Shown in pieces: positions 41,392 through 51,642 of a DNA stretch of 64,000 nt (position 1 is its first letter; the number at the start of each line of letters is the position of its first letter). Made by a program: the position numbers and the translations under genes. The notes beneath the pieces are model-generated. The model was given only the letters and a program-made list of their open reading frames with translations, had not been told where the DNA came from and made no database searches. This DNA comes from Alphaproteobacteria bacterium (GTDB taxonomy: Bacteria; Pseudomonadota; Alphaproteobacteria; Bin95), in contig OZ219785.1 of assembly GCA_964291285.2 (NCBI GenBank), forward strand, positions 1,088,001-1,152,000, read 5' to 3'.

Positions 41392-42096
41392 TCAGCCTCT
41401 CAGCGCCCGCTCGAACAGCGCCGCCGTGCGCCCGTTGGCGAGCGCGGCGTTCTCCTCGTCATAGGGCTTGCCGCCGATGCGCGCGAAGGCGTGGTCCATG
41501 CCCGGATAGGAGTGGACCTGGGCATGGGCGTTGCCGGCGAGCCCGTCGCGGACCGCCGCCTGCGCCTCCTTCGGCACGAAGCCGTCCTCTTCCGCGATAT
41601 GCAGCATGAGCGGGGCGGAGATGTTCGCCGCCTCGTCCAGCATCTCCTCGATGCCGACGCCGTAATAACCGACATTGGCGTCGAGGTCCGCCCGGCAGGC
41701 CAGCATGTAGGCGAGCTTGCCGCCGAGGCAGAAGCCGACCGTGCCGACCCTGCCGCTGCAGCCCGCCATGGCGCGCATGTGCGCGGCGGTCGCCTTCAGG
41801 TCGTCGATGCCCTTGTCCACGTCGAAGCCCTGGTAGAGCTCGAAGGCCTTGGCCCACTCCTCGTCGGTCCGGTCGGTGATATCGACGCCCGGCTCCTGCC
41901 GCCAGAAGAGGTCCGGCGCGACGGCGACATAGCCCTGGCCCGCCCAGTATTCGGCGATGTCGCGCATGGCGTGGTTGACGCCGAAGATCTCCTGAATGCA
42001 GAGCACGCCCGGCCCCGAGCCCGAAGCCGGCATGGCGCAATAGGCCGTAAACTCTCCCGAGCCGTCGCTTGCCCGGATGGTGATGGTCTCGGCCAT
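41392..42096 (-). CDS. Dienelactone hydrolase family protein
   Basis: QEIFGVN, GFCLGG, Y.G.DHAF. Confidence 0.9.
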   Translation of the reverse strand: MAETITIRASDGSGEFTAYCAMPASGSGPGVLCIQEIFGVNHAMRDIAEYWAGQGYVAVAPDLFWRQEPGVDITDRTDEEWAKAFELYQGFDVDKGIDDLKATAAHMRAMAGCSGRVGTVGFCLGGKLAYMLACRADLDANVGYYGVGIEEMLDEAANISAPLMLHIAEEDGFVPKEAQAAVRDGLAGNAHAQVHSYPGMDHAFARIGGKPYDEENAALANGRTAALFERALRG

Positions 42097-42239
42097 GTCC
42101 GGCCTCCCTCTCGAACTGCCGGGCCCGCCCGCCGGGCCCATGAACCGCGCCGGGCCAGCGCTTCCGCGAAGGGCAGCCGGCCCGCACCCTCCCTGCCACC
42201 ATAACCGCGCGCTGCGCCGCCGCACAAGCGGACCGGCGG

Positions 42240-43244
42240 CTAACCGCTGCTGCGCTCGCGCATCCTCTGCCTTGCTTCACTTAGAAGCGCACCGGCGCCC
42301 CAGCCTGCCGGGCCGCACCGCTCCAGCGCTTCCAGGATCCCGATCAGGTTGTCGTCGCGGACCCGCTCCAGCTCCCGGGTGGATCGCCCTGCGGCCTGGC
42401 GGTCGGACTGTTCGGCGATGGTGTCGACCAGGGCGTCGTCGAGCTCGGGAACGTCGGTCAGCTTCGTCCAGGGCCAGGCGAGGCACGGCCCGAACTGCTC
42501 CATGAAGTGCCGCATGCCGGCCTCGCCGCCGGCCAGCCGGTAGGTCTGGAAGATGCCCATCTGCGCCCAGCGCAGGCCGAAGGAATAGCGCATGGCGTCG
42601 TCGATTTCCCCGACCGTCGCAACCCCGTCATGCACCAGCCACAGCGCCTCGCGCCAAAGCGCTTCCTGCAACCGGTCGGCAATGAAGGCGTCGATTTCCT
42701 TTCGGACCGCCAGCGGCTTCATGCCGAGCGACCCGTAGAACCTGCCGGCGCGTTCGACCGCCTCCGGCGCGGTGTCCCGCCCGGCCACGACCTCGACCAG
42801 CGGCAGCAGGTAGACGGGATTGAACGGATGGCCGACCAGCAGTCGCTCTGGATGCTTCAGGCCGGTCTGCAGGTCGCTGGGCAGGAGCCCCGAGGTGGAC
42901 GACGCGATGACGGTGTCGCCGTTGGCCGTGGAGTCGATCTCCTGGAGAACGCTCTGCTTGAGGTCTAGCCGCTCGGGCACGCTTTCCTGAATGAAGCCGG
43001 CGCCGTCGACGGCCTCGGCGAGCGACCCCGCGATGCCGAGCGCGCCGGCGGCCGGGCGCGCATTGCCGAACAGGCGGTTGAAGGCGCGCTCGGCATTGAC
43101 CATCGCAGCCTGCACTACGGAACCGGCATCCGGGTCCGGATCGTAGAGCGACACGTCAATGCCGTTCAGCACGAAGCGGGCCGACCAGCCGCTGCCGATG
43201 ACGCCGCCGCCGACGCAGGCTACGCGCTCGATGCCGCCGGTCAC
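42240..43244 (-). CDS. L-carnitine dehydrogenase
   Basis: GGGVIG.GW, QESVPER, HPFNPVYLLPLVE, DRLQEALWRE, AGGEAGMRHF..QFGP. Confidence 0.88.
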   Translation of the reverse strand: MTGGIERVACVGGGVIGSGWSARFVLNGIDVSLYDPDPDAGSVVQAAMVNAERAFNRLFGNARPAAGALGIAGSLAEAVDGAGFIQESVPERLDLKQSVLQEIDSTANGDTVIASSTSGLLPSDLQTGLKHPERLLVGHPFNPVYLLPLVEVVAGRDTAPEAVERAGRFYGSLGMKPLAVRKEIDAFIADRLQEALWREALWLVHDGVATVGEIDDAMRYSFGLRWAQMGIFQTYRLAGGEAGMRHFMEQFGPCLAWPWTKLTDVPELDDALVDTIAEQSDRQAAGRSTRELERVRDDNLIGILEALERCGPAGWGAGALLSEARQRMRERSSG

Positions 43245-43273
43245 GGCGCCCTCACGTCCGCGCCGCGTCGCCC

Positions 43274-44176
43274 TCAGCGCCTCCTTAACGCCAGCTTGTC
43301 GCGCACCGCTTCCGGCCCGAGCACCCGCACGCCCATGTTCTCCACGACGGCGACCGCCCGGCGGACCAGGTCTGCATTGGTCGCAAGCACGCCCCGGTCG
43401 AGCCAAATATTGTCTTCCAGCCCGACCCGGACATTGCCGCCGGCCAGCACGGCGAGCGCAGCGTAGGGAAGCTGGTTGCGGCCGAGCGAGAAGGCCGAGA
43501 AGGTCCAGCCGGCCGGCAGGTTGTTCACGAGCGACATCAGCGTGCCGATATCGTCCGGCGCGCCCCACGGCACGCCCATGCAGAACTGCACCATCACCGG
43601 CTCGTCGATCAGGCCCTGGTCGGCCAGCCGCTTGGCGAAGACGAGATGGCCTGTGTCGAAGACCTCGATTTCGGGCCTGACGCCGAGCGCCTGGACGCGT
43701 CCGGCCATGTCCGCCAGCATGGCCGGCGTGTTGGTCATGATGTAATCGCCCTCGCCGAAATTCATCGTGCCGCAGTCGAGGGTGCAGATTTCCGGCAGGA
43801 GTTCCGCGACATGGACGAGCCGTTCCCCGGCGCCCGCCATGTCGGTTCCGGCCTGCGAGGGCGGCAGCGGCCGGTCCGTGGGTCCGAGCGTGAGGTCGCC
43901 GCCCATGCCAGCGGTCAGGTTCAGCACGACATCGACGTCCGACGCCCGCACCCGTTCCACGACCTCGCGATAGAGCGCCGGGTCGCGCGCCGGTTGGCCG
44001 GTCTCCGGGTCGCGGACATGAACGTGGATGACCGCCGCGCCGGCACGGGCCGCCTCGATGCCGGCCTCGGCGATCTCCGCCGGCGTCACCGGCACCCTGT
44101 CGGAGCGGCCGGTCGTGTCGCCGGCCCCGGTCAGCGCACAGGTGATGAAGGCTTCGCGGCTGGGATTGAGCGCCAT
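43274..44176 (-). CDS. Beta-keto acid cleavage enzyme (3-dehydrocarnitine type, DUF849)
   Basis: FITCA.TG, H.HVRD, PEICTLDCGTMNF, VRVGLEDN; adjacent to carnitine dehydrogenase. Confidence 0.88.
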   Translation of the reverse strand: MALNPSREAFITCALTGAGDTTGRSDRVPVTPAEIAEAGIEAARAGAAVIHVHVRDPETGQPARDPALYREVVERVRASDVDVVLNLTAGMGGDLTLGPTDRPLPPSQAGTDMAGAGERLVHVAELLPEICTLDCGTMNFGEGDYIMTNTPAMLADMAGRVQALGVRPEIEVFDTGHLVFAKRLADQGLIDEPVMVQFCMGVPWGAPDDIGTLMSLVNNLPAGWTFSAFSLGRNQLPYAALAVLAGGNVRVGLEDNIWLDRGVLATNADLVRRAVAVVENMGVRVLGPEAVRDKLALRRR

Positions 44177-44766
44177 GGTCGGATCCTCGCTGTCCGTCTT
44201 GCGTGCATCCCTTCGGGGTTGCAGCGCTGCAGGAAGTCCGTAACCGTTCTATGAGGCTGTGAAACGCCGGGCTGCGTCATCGAGGCGCACGAATTCCGCA
44301 CCGAGGCCGCGAAGGCCCTGGATCAGCCGTTCAAGGAACAGCATCCGGTGGCCCCGGCCGATGACCAGCGGGTGGAAGGTGTAAATCTCGAACGTGATTT
44401 ATCGAGTTAGGGCACTATCTGACAGAGGGTCGCATTCCTCCCATGAAGGGGTCCTGAATACAGGATATTTTCGGGCATGACAAGAGGCAATGGCAGGAAA
44501 TCGGGATTGACCTACAGGGAGGTCGTGAAGGCGATAGTGGCACTGGGGGAAGCAGAATGGGGACAATGCGTTGTGCTCAGGGGGGCATGGAGGATAGCTC
44601 CATGCATGAGTGCCCTCCTGATGTAAAGACAGTCAGGATCATGGCGGTGATGCACCGAATCACCTTGTGAGAGGACAAATACCATAATTGATACAGGAGA
44701 AACACAAGCGTGTTGGCCGATGGAAATCGGAATGGTGGCGGCTGCGGCGGTTCCAGAGGCGTCGTC

Positions 44767-45150
44767 ATGAGCCGGCCGCCGGGGGGCCGCCGCACCCGGC
44801 ATGCGGTGATGGCGACGGCGAACGAGTGGGCGCGCATCAGGGAGCTTGCCGACGAGGCGGGCATGGAAATATCGCGCTACATCGTTCACCGGGCCATCAT
44901 GGCGGAGGCGGTGCCGGCCGTCGTCATGCGGCGCGCGGTGCGCGAACTGCTGGTGCTGGTGAAGGTAGAGCAGGAGCGCATGGAGGACCTCGACCTGGGG
45001 GACCGCTGGGCCGCTCTCGGCGATGCCGTCGATGCCTGGCTCTCGCGGGAGGGCGACCTGGACCGTCTGACCGACCCGGGCGCGGTAGCGCGCTGGCAGG
45101 CGGTTTCGGCCAGTGCTGATCCGGAAGGCGGCCCCGCGCCGCAGCCCTGA
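44767..45150 (+). CDS. MobC-like ribbon-helix-helix protein
   Basis: V.AT..EW.RI...A..AGM.ISRYI; next ORF (MARLVCRT) is cut by an IS fragment. Confidence 0.55.
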   Translation: MSRPPGGRRTRHAVMATANEWARIRELADEAGMEISRYIVHRAIMAEAVPAVVMRRAVRELLVLVKVEQERMEDLDLGDRWAALGDAVDAWLSREGDLDRLTDPGAVARWQAVSASADPEGGPAPQP

Positions 45151-45178
45151 GGCGGTCATGGCAAGGCTGGTTTGCCGT

Positions 45179-46010
45179 ACAGGTGGCATATCCGCCCGCT
45201 GATCGACACGCGCCTGATGTGGCGGGTCGAGAAGAAGGAGCCGGGCCATGACCCGGCCCGGCCGATCACGCGACCGCTGTTCCCCGGGCGCGCCGACGTC
45301 ATCGTTCATGACGAACGCGGCCGGGTGTCCTGCGTGTGCCCGCAGACCGGCGAGGTCCGCGCCATGGCCTTCCAGGGGTTCGAGGCCGGGCGCGGCGTCT
45401 GCGGCACGCTCAAATACCGCTGCCCCGCAGCCGCCTTCGGCTTCGAGTGCAAGGGACGCCGGGCCTGCCATCGGGCGGGTGGGGTGAAGTCCGGCGAATA
45501 CGGCCGCATCCTGCGCGTCGATCCCGACAGCCATGACCGGCGCCTCTTCACGCCCACGCCCTGGGGCAGCCCGTCATGGCGGCGCGGATACAACCGGCGC
45601 ACGGCCATGGAGCGGATCAACGCCCGCCTCGACCGCAGCTTCAACTTCGAGACCCATTACATCCGCGGACGCGCGAAGATTGAAGACCCGCATCGGGCTG
45701 GCCCTGGCGGTCATGATGGCCATGGCGCTTGCACAGGCCCGCGCCGGACGCGTCGCACGCATGCGCTCCCTGGTCGGCCCGGCGCCATACCTCGATACCG
45801 GCTGACCCCTCAGCCGACTGCCGACAACGCTGACCCAACCCGCCGGACCCCGGCATACGGACAAACGCGACCGAAGGCCGGCGATGCTGCCGGGCTGGGC
45901 CGCTCAAGTTCGAAAAGCAACCGCGGCGACCGCCTCGAACGCCGGAACAAACAACATCACCACCCGGACCCAACGTCCCATCCGACCGGAAAAACACCAC
46001 AGCGCAAATT
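45179..46010 (+). pseudogene. IS5/IS1182-like transposase 3' fragment, frameshifted near 45679
   Basis: Near-identical inverted copy of ~57124-57955; YNRRTAMERIN. Confidence 0.8.
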
Positions 46011-46017
46011 TTCTATG

Positions 46018-46046
46018 TTGACTTCGCCGCCCCCCCCCCGTATTTA
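46018..46046 (+). promoter_or_regulatory. Putative sigma70 promoter with C10 tract in spacer
   Basis: TTGACT-N17-TATTTA about 40 bp before the RTX ATG. Confidence 0.6.
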
Positions 46047-46085
46047 GGGACGACATTGTTGATCTGACGAGCGGAGGTATCCGGG

Positions 46086-48296
46086 ATGGCGACGAAACCC
46101 ATGGAGTATTTTGTTGACAGCGAGGAGACGCTGGATCTGTCCCGCACTACCGGGGTGAACCACATCTCGCGCGCGGAGGGGCACTACGGCTCGATGCACG
46201 TCCTGGGCGGACAGGGCCACGATGTCTTCCAGGGGAACTGGGGCGACGACTACTTCAAGGATGCCGGCGGCGGCAGCCTCGCGAAAGGCGGCGAGGGGCA
46301 GGACTATCTCGAAGGCGGCTACGGCATGAATGTCCTCCATGGCGGCCGGGGCAGCGACACCCTGGTCGGGAACCAGGAGGACGCGTTCTCCGACCGTCTC
46401 TACGGCGGCGCCGACGGCGACTATCTGATTGCAGGCCGGGTCAAGGACAGCAGCCGGGTGGACGACGGCACCGGCGCGCTCACCGGCACGACGAGGGGCA
46501 GGGGTCCGCAGAGCGACCAGGAGGTCGAAAACCCGCGGGGGAACATCCTCAACGGCGGCACGGGGTTGGACAAATTCATCCTGAACCCCGACAGCTACGT
46601 CTACATTGAGGACTACGAGCGTCCGTGGGGATCGAACAACACCAGGGACTCCATCATTGTGACCGGTCTCGGGGACGGACCGAGGCCCACGATCGTTCAC
46701 CACCCCGATGGCGTCTACGGGAACGCCCACTTCCGGATCATGCTGGGCGACAAGGTGCTCGCCGAGCTCAACTACGGGAAGGCTGTCTCCGGGGAGGGTG
46801 TCGATTTCGCGATCGACTGGATCGGCCAGAGCCTCTCGACGCAGCGCGGGGAGTGGGTCCAGGGTACGCAGGCGGGCGATAACCTTTCGGGCAGCGCCTT
46901 CGAAGACAAGATCTATGGCCATGGCGGCAATGACCGGCTCGACGGCGGCGCGGGCGGTGATGAAATTCATGGCGGCCACGGCAACGACATCCTTCGCGGC
47001 GGGGACGGTTACGACACGATGCTTGGTGGTCAGGGCAATGACACGCTTTACGGCGGTGCGGACAGCGACGCGATTGTTGGCGGTGGCGGCAACGACCTGC
47101 TCTACGGCGGCGCCGGCGAGGATGAGCTAATCGGCGGCTACGGCCACGACCGGCTTGACGGCGGTGCGGGCCAGGACAAGCTCTTTGGCGACAGTGGCCG
47201 GGACATCTTCGTCATCAGCACGACCGACGAGGCTCCCGACATCATCGCGGACTTCAATGTGGCTGAGGACTATGTCCGGCTGCCGTTCGGTCTCGCATGG
47301 GACGATGTGCGGTTCGAGGCGGGCACCCTCGACGCCCCGCGGTGGGGCATCGAAGGCGAGAAGGTGCATTTCCTCGTCACCGGTACAGGGGAGGCGAAGA
47401 AACAGCTTGCCGCGTTCCAGGGTCTCGACGCGAAAGACCTGTCGAAGGTCGAGTTCATCTGGGACTTCGATCCGACCGAGGAGCAGCCGGATCCGGATGC
47501 CGGGAAGACGCTCAAGGGCACGAACAGGAAGGACCTGCTCGTCGGCGGGAACAACGACGACACCATTGACGGCAAGGGCGCGGCGGACGTGCTCTACGGG
47601 CGCGGCGGTGACGACAGGCTCTTCGGCGGCAATGGCAAGGACACGCTGTATGGCGGCAGCGGCGACGACCTCCTGTTCGGGGATGACAACAACGACATCC
47701 TCCACGGCGGCGCCGGCGAAGACACGCTGAACGGCGGGAAGAGCGCCGACCGTCTGTATGGCGAAGACGGCGATGACACGCTCAATGGCGGCAATGGCGA
47801 CGACATGCTGTATGGCGGCGCCGGCAGCGACAAGCTGGACGGCGGGGACGGCAATGACCGGCTGGAAGGCGGCGAGGGGGATCTCGATGTGCTGGCCGGC
47901 GGCGCGGGCGAAGACCGGCTGTTCGGCGACGGTGGCAACGACCGTCTGGAGGGCGGCGAGGGCTCTGACCGTTTGCGTGGCGGCGAGGGCGCCGACGAGT
48001 TCCTCTTCCGCGCGGGCGACGGCGTCGATGTCATCACCGACTTCTCGGTCGAGGATAATGACACGATCATCTTCCTGGCGCAGACCGAGGCGCAGGCGAT
48101 AGCCGGAAACGGTGAGAAGTTCCTGGATGCTTCCGGCCTGAAGATCGTCGACGACTACGAGGCGGGCGGCGTCAGGATCACGTCGAACAAGCTCGACAAC
48201 GAGATCATCCTCAAGGGCGTGACGTTCGAGCAGCTGTCGATCGACAGCTTCAGCTTCGTGACGATGGATGAGTACACGGATCTCGTGAACGGCTGA
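46086..48296 (+). CDS. RTX Ca-binding repeat protein (probable T1SS substrate) RTX1
   Basis: Many GGxGxDxL nonapeptides, D.ITDF C-terminal motif, no signal peptide. Confidence 0.9.
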   Translation: MATKPMEYFVDSEETLDLSRTTGVNHISRAEGHYGSMHVLGGQGHDVFQGNWGDDYFKDAGGGSLAKGGEGQDYLEGGYGMNVLHGGRGSDTLVGNQEDAFSDRLYGGADGDYLIAGRVKDSSRVDDGTGALTGTTRGRGPQSDQEVENPRGNILNGGTGLDKFILNPDSYVYIEDYERPWGSNNTRDSIIVTGLGDGPRPTIVHHPDGVYGNAHFRIMLGDKVLAELNYGKAVSGEGVDFAIDWIGQSLSTQRGEWVQGTQAGDNLSGSAFEDKIYGHGGNDRLDGGAGGDEIHGGHGNDILRGGDGYDTMLGGQGNDTLYGGADSDAIVGGGGNDLLYGGAGEDELIGGYGHDRLDGGAGQDKLFGDSGRDIFVISTTDEAPDIIADFNVAEDYVRLPFGLAWDDVRFEAGTLDAPRWGIEGEKVHFLVTGTGEAKKQLAAFQGLDAKDLSKVEFIWDFDPTEEQPDPDAGKTLKGTNRKDLLVGGNNDDTIDGKGAADVLYGRGGDDRLFGGNGKDTLYGGSGDDLLFGDDNNDILHGGAGEDTLNGGKSADRLYGEDGDDTLNGGNGDDMLYGGAGSDKLDGGDGNDRLEGGEGDLDVLAGGAGEDRLFGDGGNDRLEGGEGSDRLRGGEGADEFLFRAGDGVDVITDFSVEDNDTIIFLAQTEAQAIAGNGEKFLDASGLKIVDDYEAGGVRITSNKLDNEIILKGVTFEQLSIDSFSFVTMDEYTDLVNG

Positions 48297-48557
48297 GCCG
48301 ACCGGCCAGCCGGAAGACTGCGGCCGCTCCTCGGCGAGGGGCGGCCGCAGCCGCGATTACCGCAATCAGGGCAGGGGGCGCCAACCTGTTTGCGGCAGAC
48401 CGTAAGCCCGGTGGACAGGGCTATGCGGGAGCGAACGGTTTCGTGCGGGCCATGTCGCGGGAACCGGTTCCGTTTCATCTGATTGCACGGGGCGCGCCGG
48501 ATGCCGGCGCGGGCGGTGACACGTCGGGCGACGGTGCAGGGGACGACTTTCATTATC

Positions 48558-50348
48558 ATGCATGCCGGACGCCCTGAGCCCTCCTCGCGGTCGGGATTGC
48601 AGCCCCGGGCGGCGCTTTTCCGTTATCGCGGCGCTCTGCTTGTGGTGGTGATGCTGAGCGCGGTGGTGAACCTGCTGATGCTCACCGGTCCGCTTTTCAT
48701 GCTGCAGATCTACGACCGCGTCCTGACCAGCCGGTCGGAGGCGACGCTTGTGATGCTGCTTGCGATCGTGGTGTATCTGTATGGGTTGAAGGGCCTTCTC
48801 GACGGTCTTCGCGGGCGCATTCTGTCGCGGGTCGGGGCGGGGTTTCAGGACGCGCTTGACGAGCGGGTGTTCGATGCCGCCGGGCGGTCGGCGCGCGACC
48901 CGTCCCGGCGCGGCGATTCGGGGCAGGCGCTCCAGCATCTGGAGACGGTGCGCGCGTTTCTGGCGTCTCCGGCGCCCGGGGCGGTCATGGACCTGCCGTG
49001 GACACCGTTCTTTGTAGCGGTCATCTTTATCTTCCACCCGCTTCTGGGCTGGCTTTCGGTTGCGGGCGGTGTGATTCTGGTGGCGCTTGCGCTGGCGAAC
49101 CGTTGGGCGACGCGCAAGCCGCAGGACCAGGCAGCCGCGCTCTCTGCGGAGGCTGCCCGGCGGGCCGAGGATGTCCGGCGCGAGCTGGAGACGGTGACGG
49201 GCCTTGGCATGGCGGGACCGCTTCGGTCGCGCTGGAAGGAGTTGCGCGGGGCGGCGCTGGACCGGTCGATGCGGGCGTCGGACGCGGGCGGCGGGTATAC
49301 GGCGGCGAGCCGGGCGTTCCGTCTTCTGCTGCAGTCGGGGATGCTGGGTCTCGGCGCCTGGCTGGTTCTGGGGGGCGAGTTGACGGCGGGGGCGATGATT
49401 GCGGCGTCGATTTTGCTGGGCCGGGCGTTGCAGCCTCTGGAGCAGACGATCGCGCAGTCGGCGCTGATCCAGCGGGCGCGGGCTGGCTGGCTGTCGGTGT
49501 CGCGGCTTCTGGCGGAGGTTCCGCCGGAGGTTTCGCCGATGGCGCTGCCGCGTCCTGCGGCGCGTCTTCTGGTGCGCGACCTGACGGTGCTGTCCCCGGC
49601 GCGCCGGGATGTTCTGCTGCGGGGCGTGGCCTTCGACGTCATGCCGGGCGAGGCGGTGGCGGTTGTGGGTCCGAGCGGTGCGGGCAAGTCGACGCTTGCG
49701 AAGGCGGTTGCCGGTCTGTGGCCGCCGGCGCAGGGCGAGGTCCGGCTTGGCGGGGCGAAACTGTCGGCCTGGGGAGAGGCGCTGTGGCGGGAGCATCTGG
49801 GCTACCTGCCTCAGGATGTGGTCCTGTTTGCGGGCAGCGTGGCGGAGAACATATCGCGTTTCGCCCCCGGTGGGGGCGAGGAGGCGGTGGTGCGGGCGGC
49901 GAAGGCGGCCGGGGCGCATGAGATGATCCTGTCGCTGCCCGACGCATACGACACGATGCTCACGGGCGGCGGCGGCGGTGTGTCGGGCGGGCAGCGCCAG
50001 CGCATCGGGCTTGCGCGGGCGCTTTACGGCGATCCTGTGCTTCTGGTGCTGGACGAGCCGGACGCGGGCCTGGACGACGCCGGCACGCAGGCGCTGAACC
50101 ATGCGATTGCCGGGGCGAAGGCGTCGGGGTGTGCGGTCGTAGTGGTGGCGCACCGCCGCGCGATGCTTGCCGAGTGCGCCCGGATCGCGGTGCTGGAGGA
50201 CGGGCGGCTGCAGATGTTCGGTCCGGTCGCGGCGGTTATGGCGCGCCTTTCGGGGCCGCAGCCGCGGTTGGCCGTGGAGCGGGGGGAGGGGCCGCCGCGG
50301 GCGATCGAGGACGGCGGCAACCGGGAAGAGGCGGCGGGCGGTGACTGA
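48558..50348 (+). CDS. Type I secretion ABC transporter (PrtD family)
   Basis: LFMLQIYDRVL.SRS..TL, GPSGAGKST, SGGQRQRIGLARALYG, LDEP. Confidence 0.92.
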   Translation: MHAGRPEPSSRSGLQPRAALFRYRGALLVVVMLSAVVNLLMLTGPLFMLQIYDRVLTSRSEATLVMLLAIVVYLYGLKGLLDGLRGRILSRVGAGFQDALDERVFDAAGRSARDPSRRGDSGQALQHLETVRAFLASPAPGAVMDLPWTPFFVAVIFIFHPLLGWLSVAGGVILVALALANRWATRKPQDQAAALSAEAARRAEDVRRELETVTGLGMAGPLRSRWKELRGAALDRSMRASDAGGGYTAASRAFRLLLQSGMLGLGAWLVLGGELTAGAMIAASILLGRALQPLEQTIAQSALIQRARAGWLSVSRLLAEVPPEVSPMALPRPAARLLVRDLTVLSPARRDVLLRGVAFDVMPGEAVAVVGPSGAGKSTLAKAVAGLWPPAQGEVRLGGAKLSAWGEALWREHLGYLPQDVVLFAGSVAENISRFAPGGGEEAVVRAAKAAGAHEMILSLPDAYDTMLTGGGGGVSGGQRQRIGLARALYGDPVLLVLDEPDAGLDDAGTQALNHAIAGAKASGCAVVVVAHRRAMLAECARIAVLEDGRLQMFGPVAAVMARLSGPQPRLAVERGEGPPRAIEDGGNREEAAGGD

Positions 50349-51642
50349 GGCGGGGCGCCGGGCCTGGCCGGTGGGCGGTCCGGTTCGGTTTGGGCTGGTA
50401 ATGCTTGGCGCGGGGTTTGCGGGCGCGCTGGCGTGGGCCTCGGTGGCGGAGATTCACGGTGCGGTGATCGCGTCGGGCAGCATGGAGCTGGAATCGCGGC
50501 GCCAGGCGATCCAGCATCCGGACGGAGGGGTTGTGGCGGCGTTGCCGGTGCGCGACGGGTCGCGTGTCGAGGCGGGGGCGGCGATCCTGGAGCTCGACGC
50601 CACCGGGCTTGCGGCGGAGCGGGCGATTCTGGTGCGTCAGTTGCAGGAGGCGCGGGCGCGCATCGACCGTCTTGCCTCGGAGGCCCGGTCCGGTGACGGG
50701 GTCTCGTTCCGGGACGCGGCGGCGGCCGAAGGGAACCCGGTGCTGGCGGCTCTGCTGGCCGGCGAGCGGCGGCTGTTCGAGAACGGGCGCGAGTCGCTGA
50801 TGCAGACGGTTGCGCAGATCGGCGAGCGCAAGGCGCAGACCGCGGCCTTCATCGAAGCGCTGCGGCTGCAGACGGAGGCCGTGCGGGACCAGCTGGCCCT
50901 GGTCAGGGCGGAGGTCCGCGACAAGCAGGGGCTGCTCGAGAAGGACCTGGTTCGCAAGCCGGAAGTATCGCGGCTGCTCCGGGAGGAGGCGCGTCTAAGG
51001 GGCGTGCTCGGCGAACTGGAGGCGGAGACCGCGCGGGGCCGGAGCGCGCTGGCCTCCTACGAGATCGAGCGGCTGCGCTTGCTGGCGGAGCGCCGCGAGC
51101 AGGCACAGGGCGAGATGCGCACGCTGCAGCCGCGCGAGGCCGAACTCGCCGAGCGCCTCCGGGTGGTGGAGACCCGCCTGTCGCGGCTCGTGCTGCGGGC
51201 GCCGATGGCGGGCGTGGTGCACGGGCTTCGGGTGTTCACCGTGGGCGGGGTGATCCCGGCGGGGACGGAAGTGGCGGCAATCGTGCCGGAAGGGGTGCCG
51301 CTGGCGCCCAGGGTCCGGGTCGAGGCGGCCCGGATCGACGAGGTCCGGGCCGGGCAGGAGGTGACGGTGGTCTTCCCCGCCTTCAATCTCCGCAGCGCGC
51401 CGGAGTTCACCGGGCGGGTGCGCACGGTGTCGGCCGACGCGCTGGTCGACGAGGCCAGCGGCGCCCGCTACTACACTGCGGAGATCGTGTTGGACGAGGA
51501 CTCCGAAGCCGCGGCCCGGGCGCGCGGCATCGTGCCCGGCATGCCGGTCGAGGCCTTCATCCGGACCCGCGCCCGCACGCCCCTCGCCTTCCTGCTCGAC
51601 CCCTTCATCGACTATGTCCGGCACGCCTTCCGCGAGGAGTGA
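50341..51642 (+). CDS. HlyD/PrtE membrane fusion protein
   Basis: IQHPDGGVV, coiled coil, LRAP..G.V, PGMP.E.FI.T..RT. Confidence 0.92.
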   Translation: MTEAGRRAWPVGGPVRFGLVMLGAGFAGALAWASVAEIHGAVIASGSMELESRRQAIQHPDGGVVAALPVRDGSRVEAGAAILELDATGLAAERAILVRQLQEARARIDRLASEARSGDGVSFRDAAAAEGNPVLAALLAGERRLFENGRESLMQTVAQIGERKAQTAAFIEALRLQTEAVRDQLALVRAEVRDKQGLLEKDLVRKPEVSRLLREEARLRGVLGELEAETARGRSALASYEIERLRLLAERREQAQGEMRTLQPREAELAERLRVVETRLSRLVLRAPMAGVVHGLRVFTVGGVIPAGTEVAAIVPEGVPLAPRVRVEAARIDEVRAGQEVTVVFPAFNLRSAPEFTGRVRTVSADALVDEASGARYYTAEIVLDEDSEAAARARGIVPGMPVEAFIRTRARTPLAFLLDPFIDYVRHAFREE

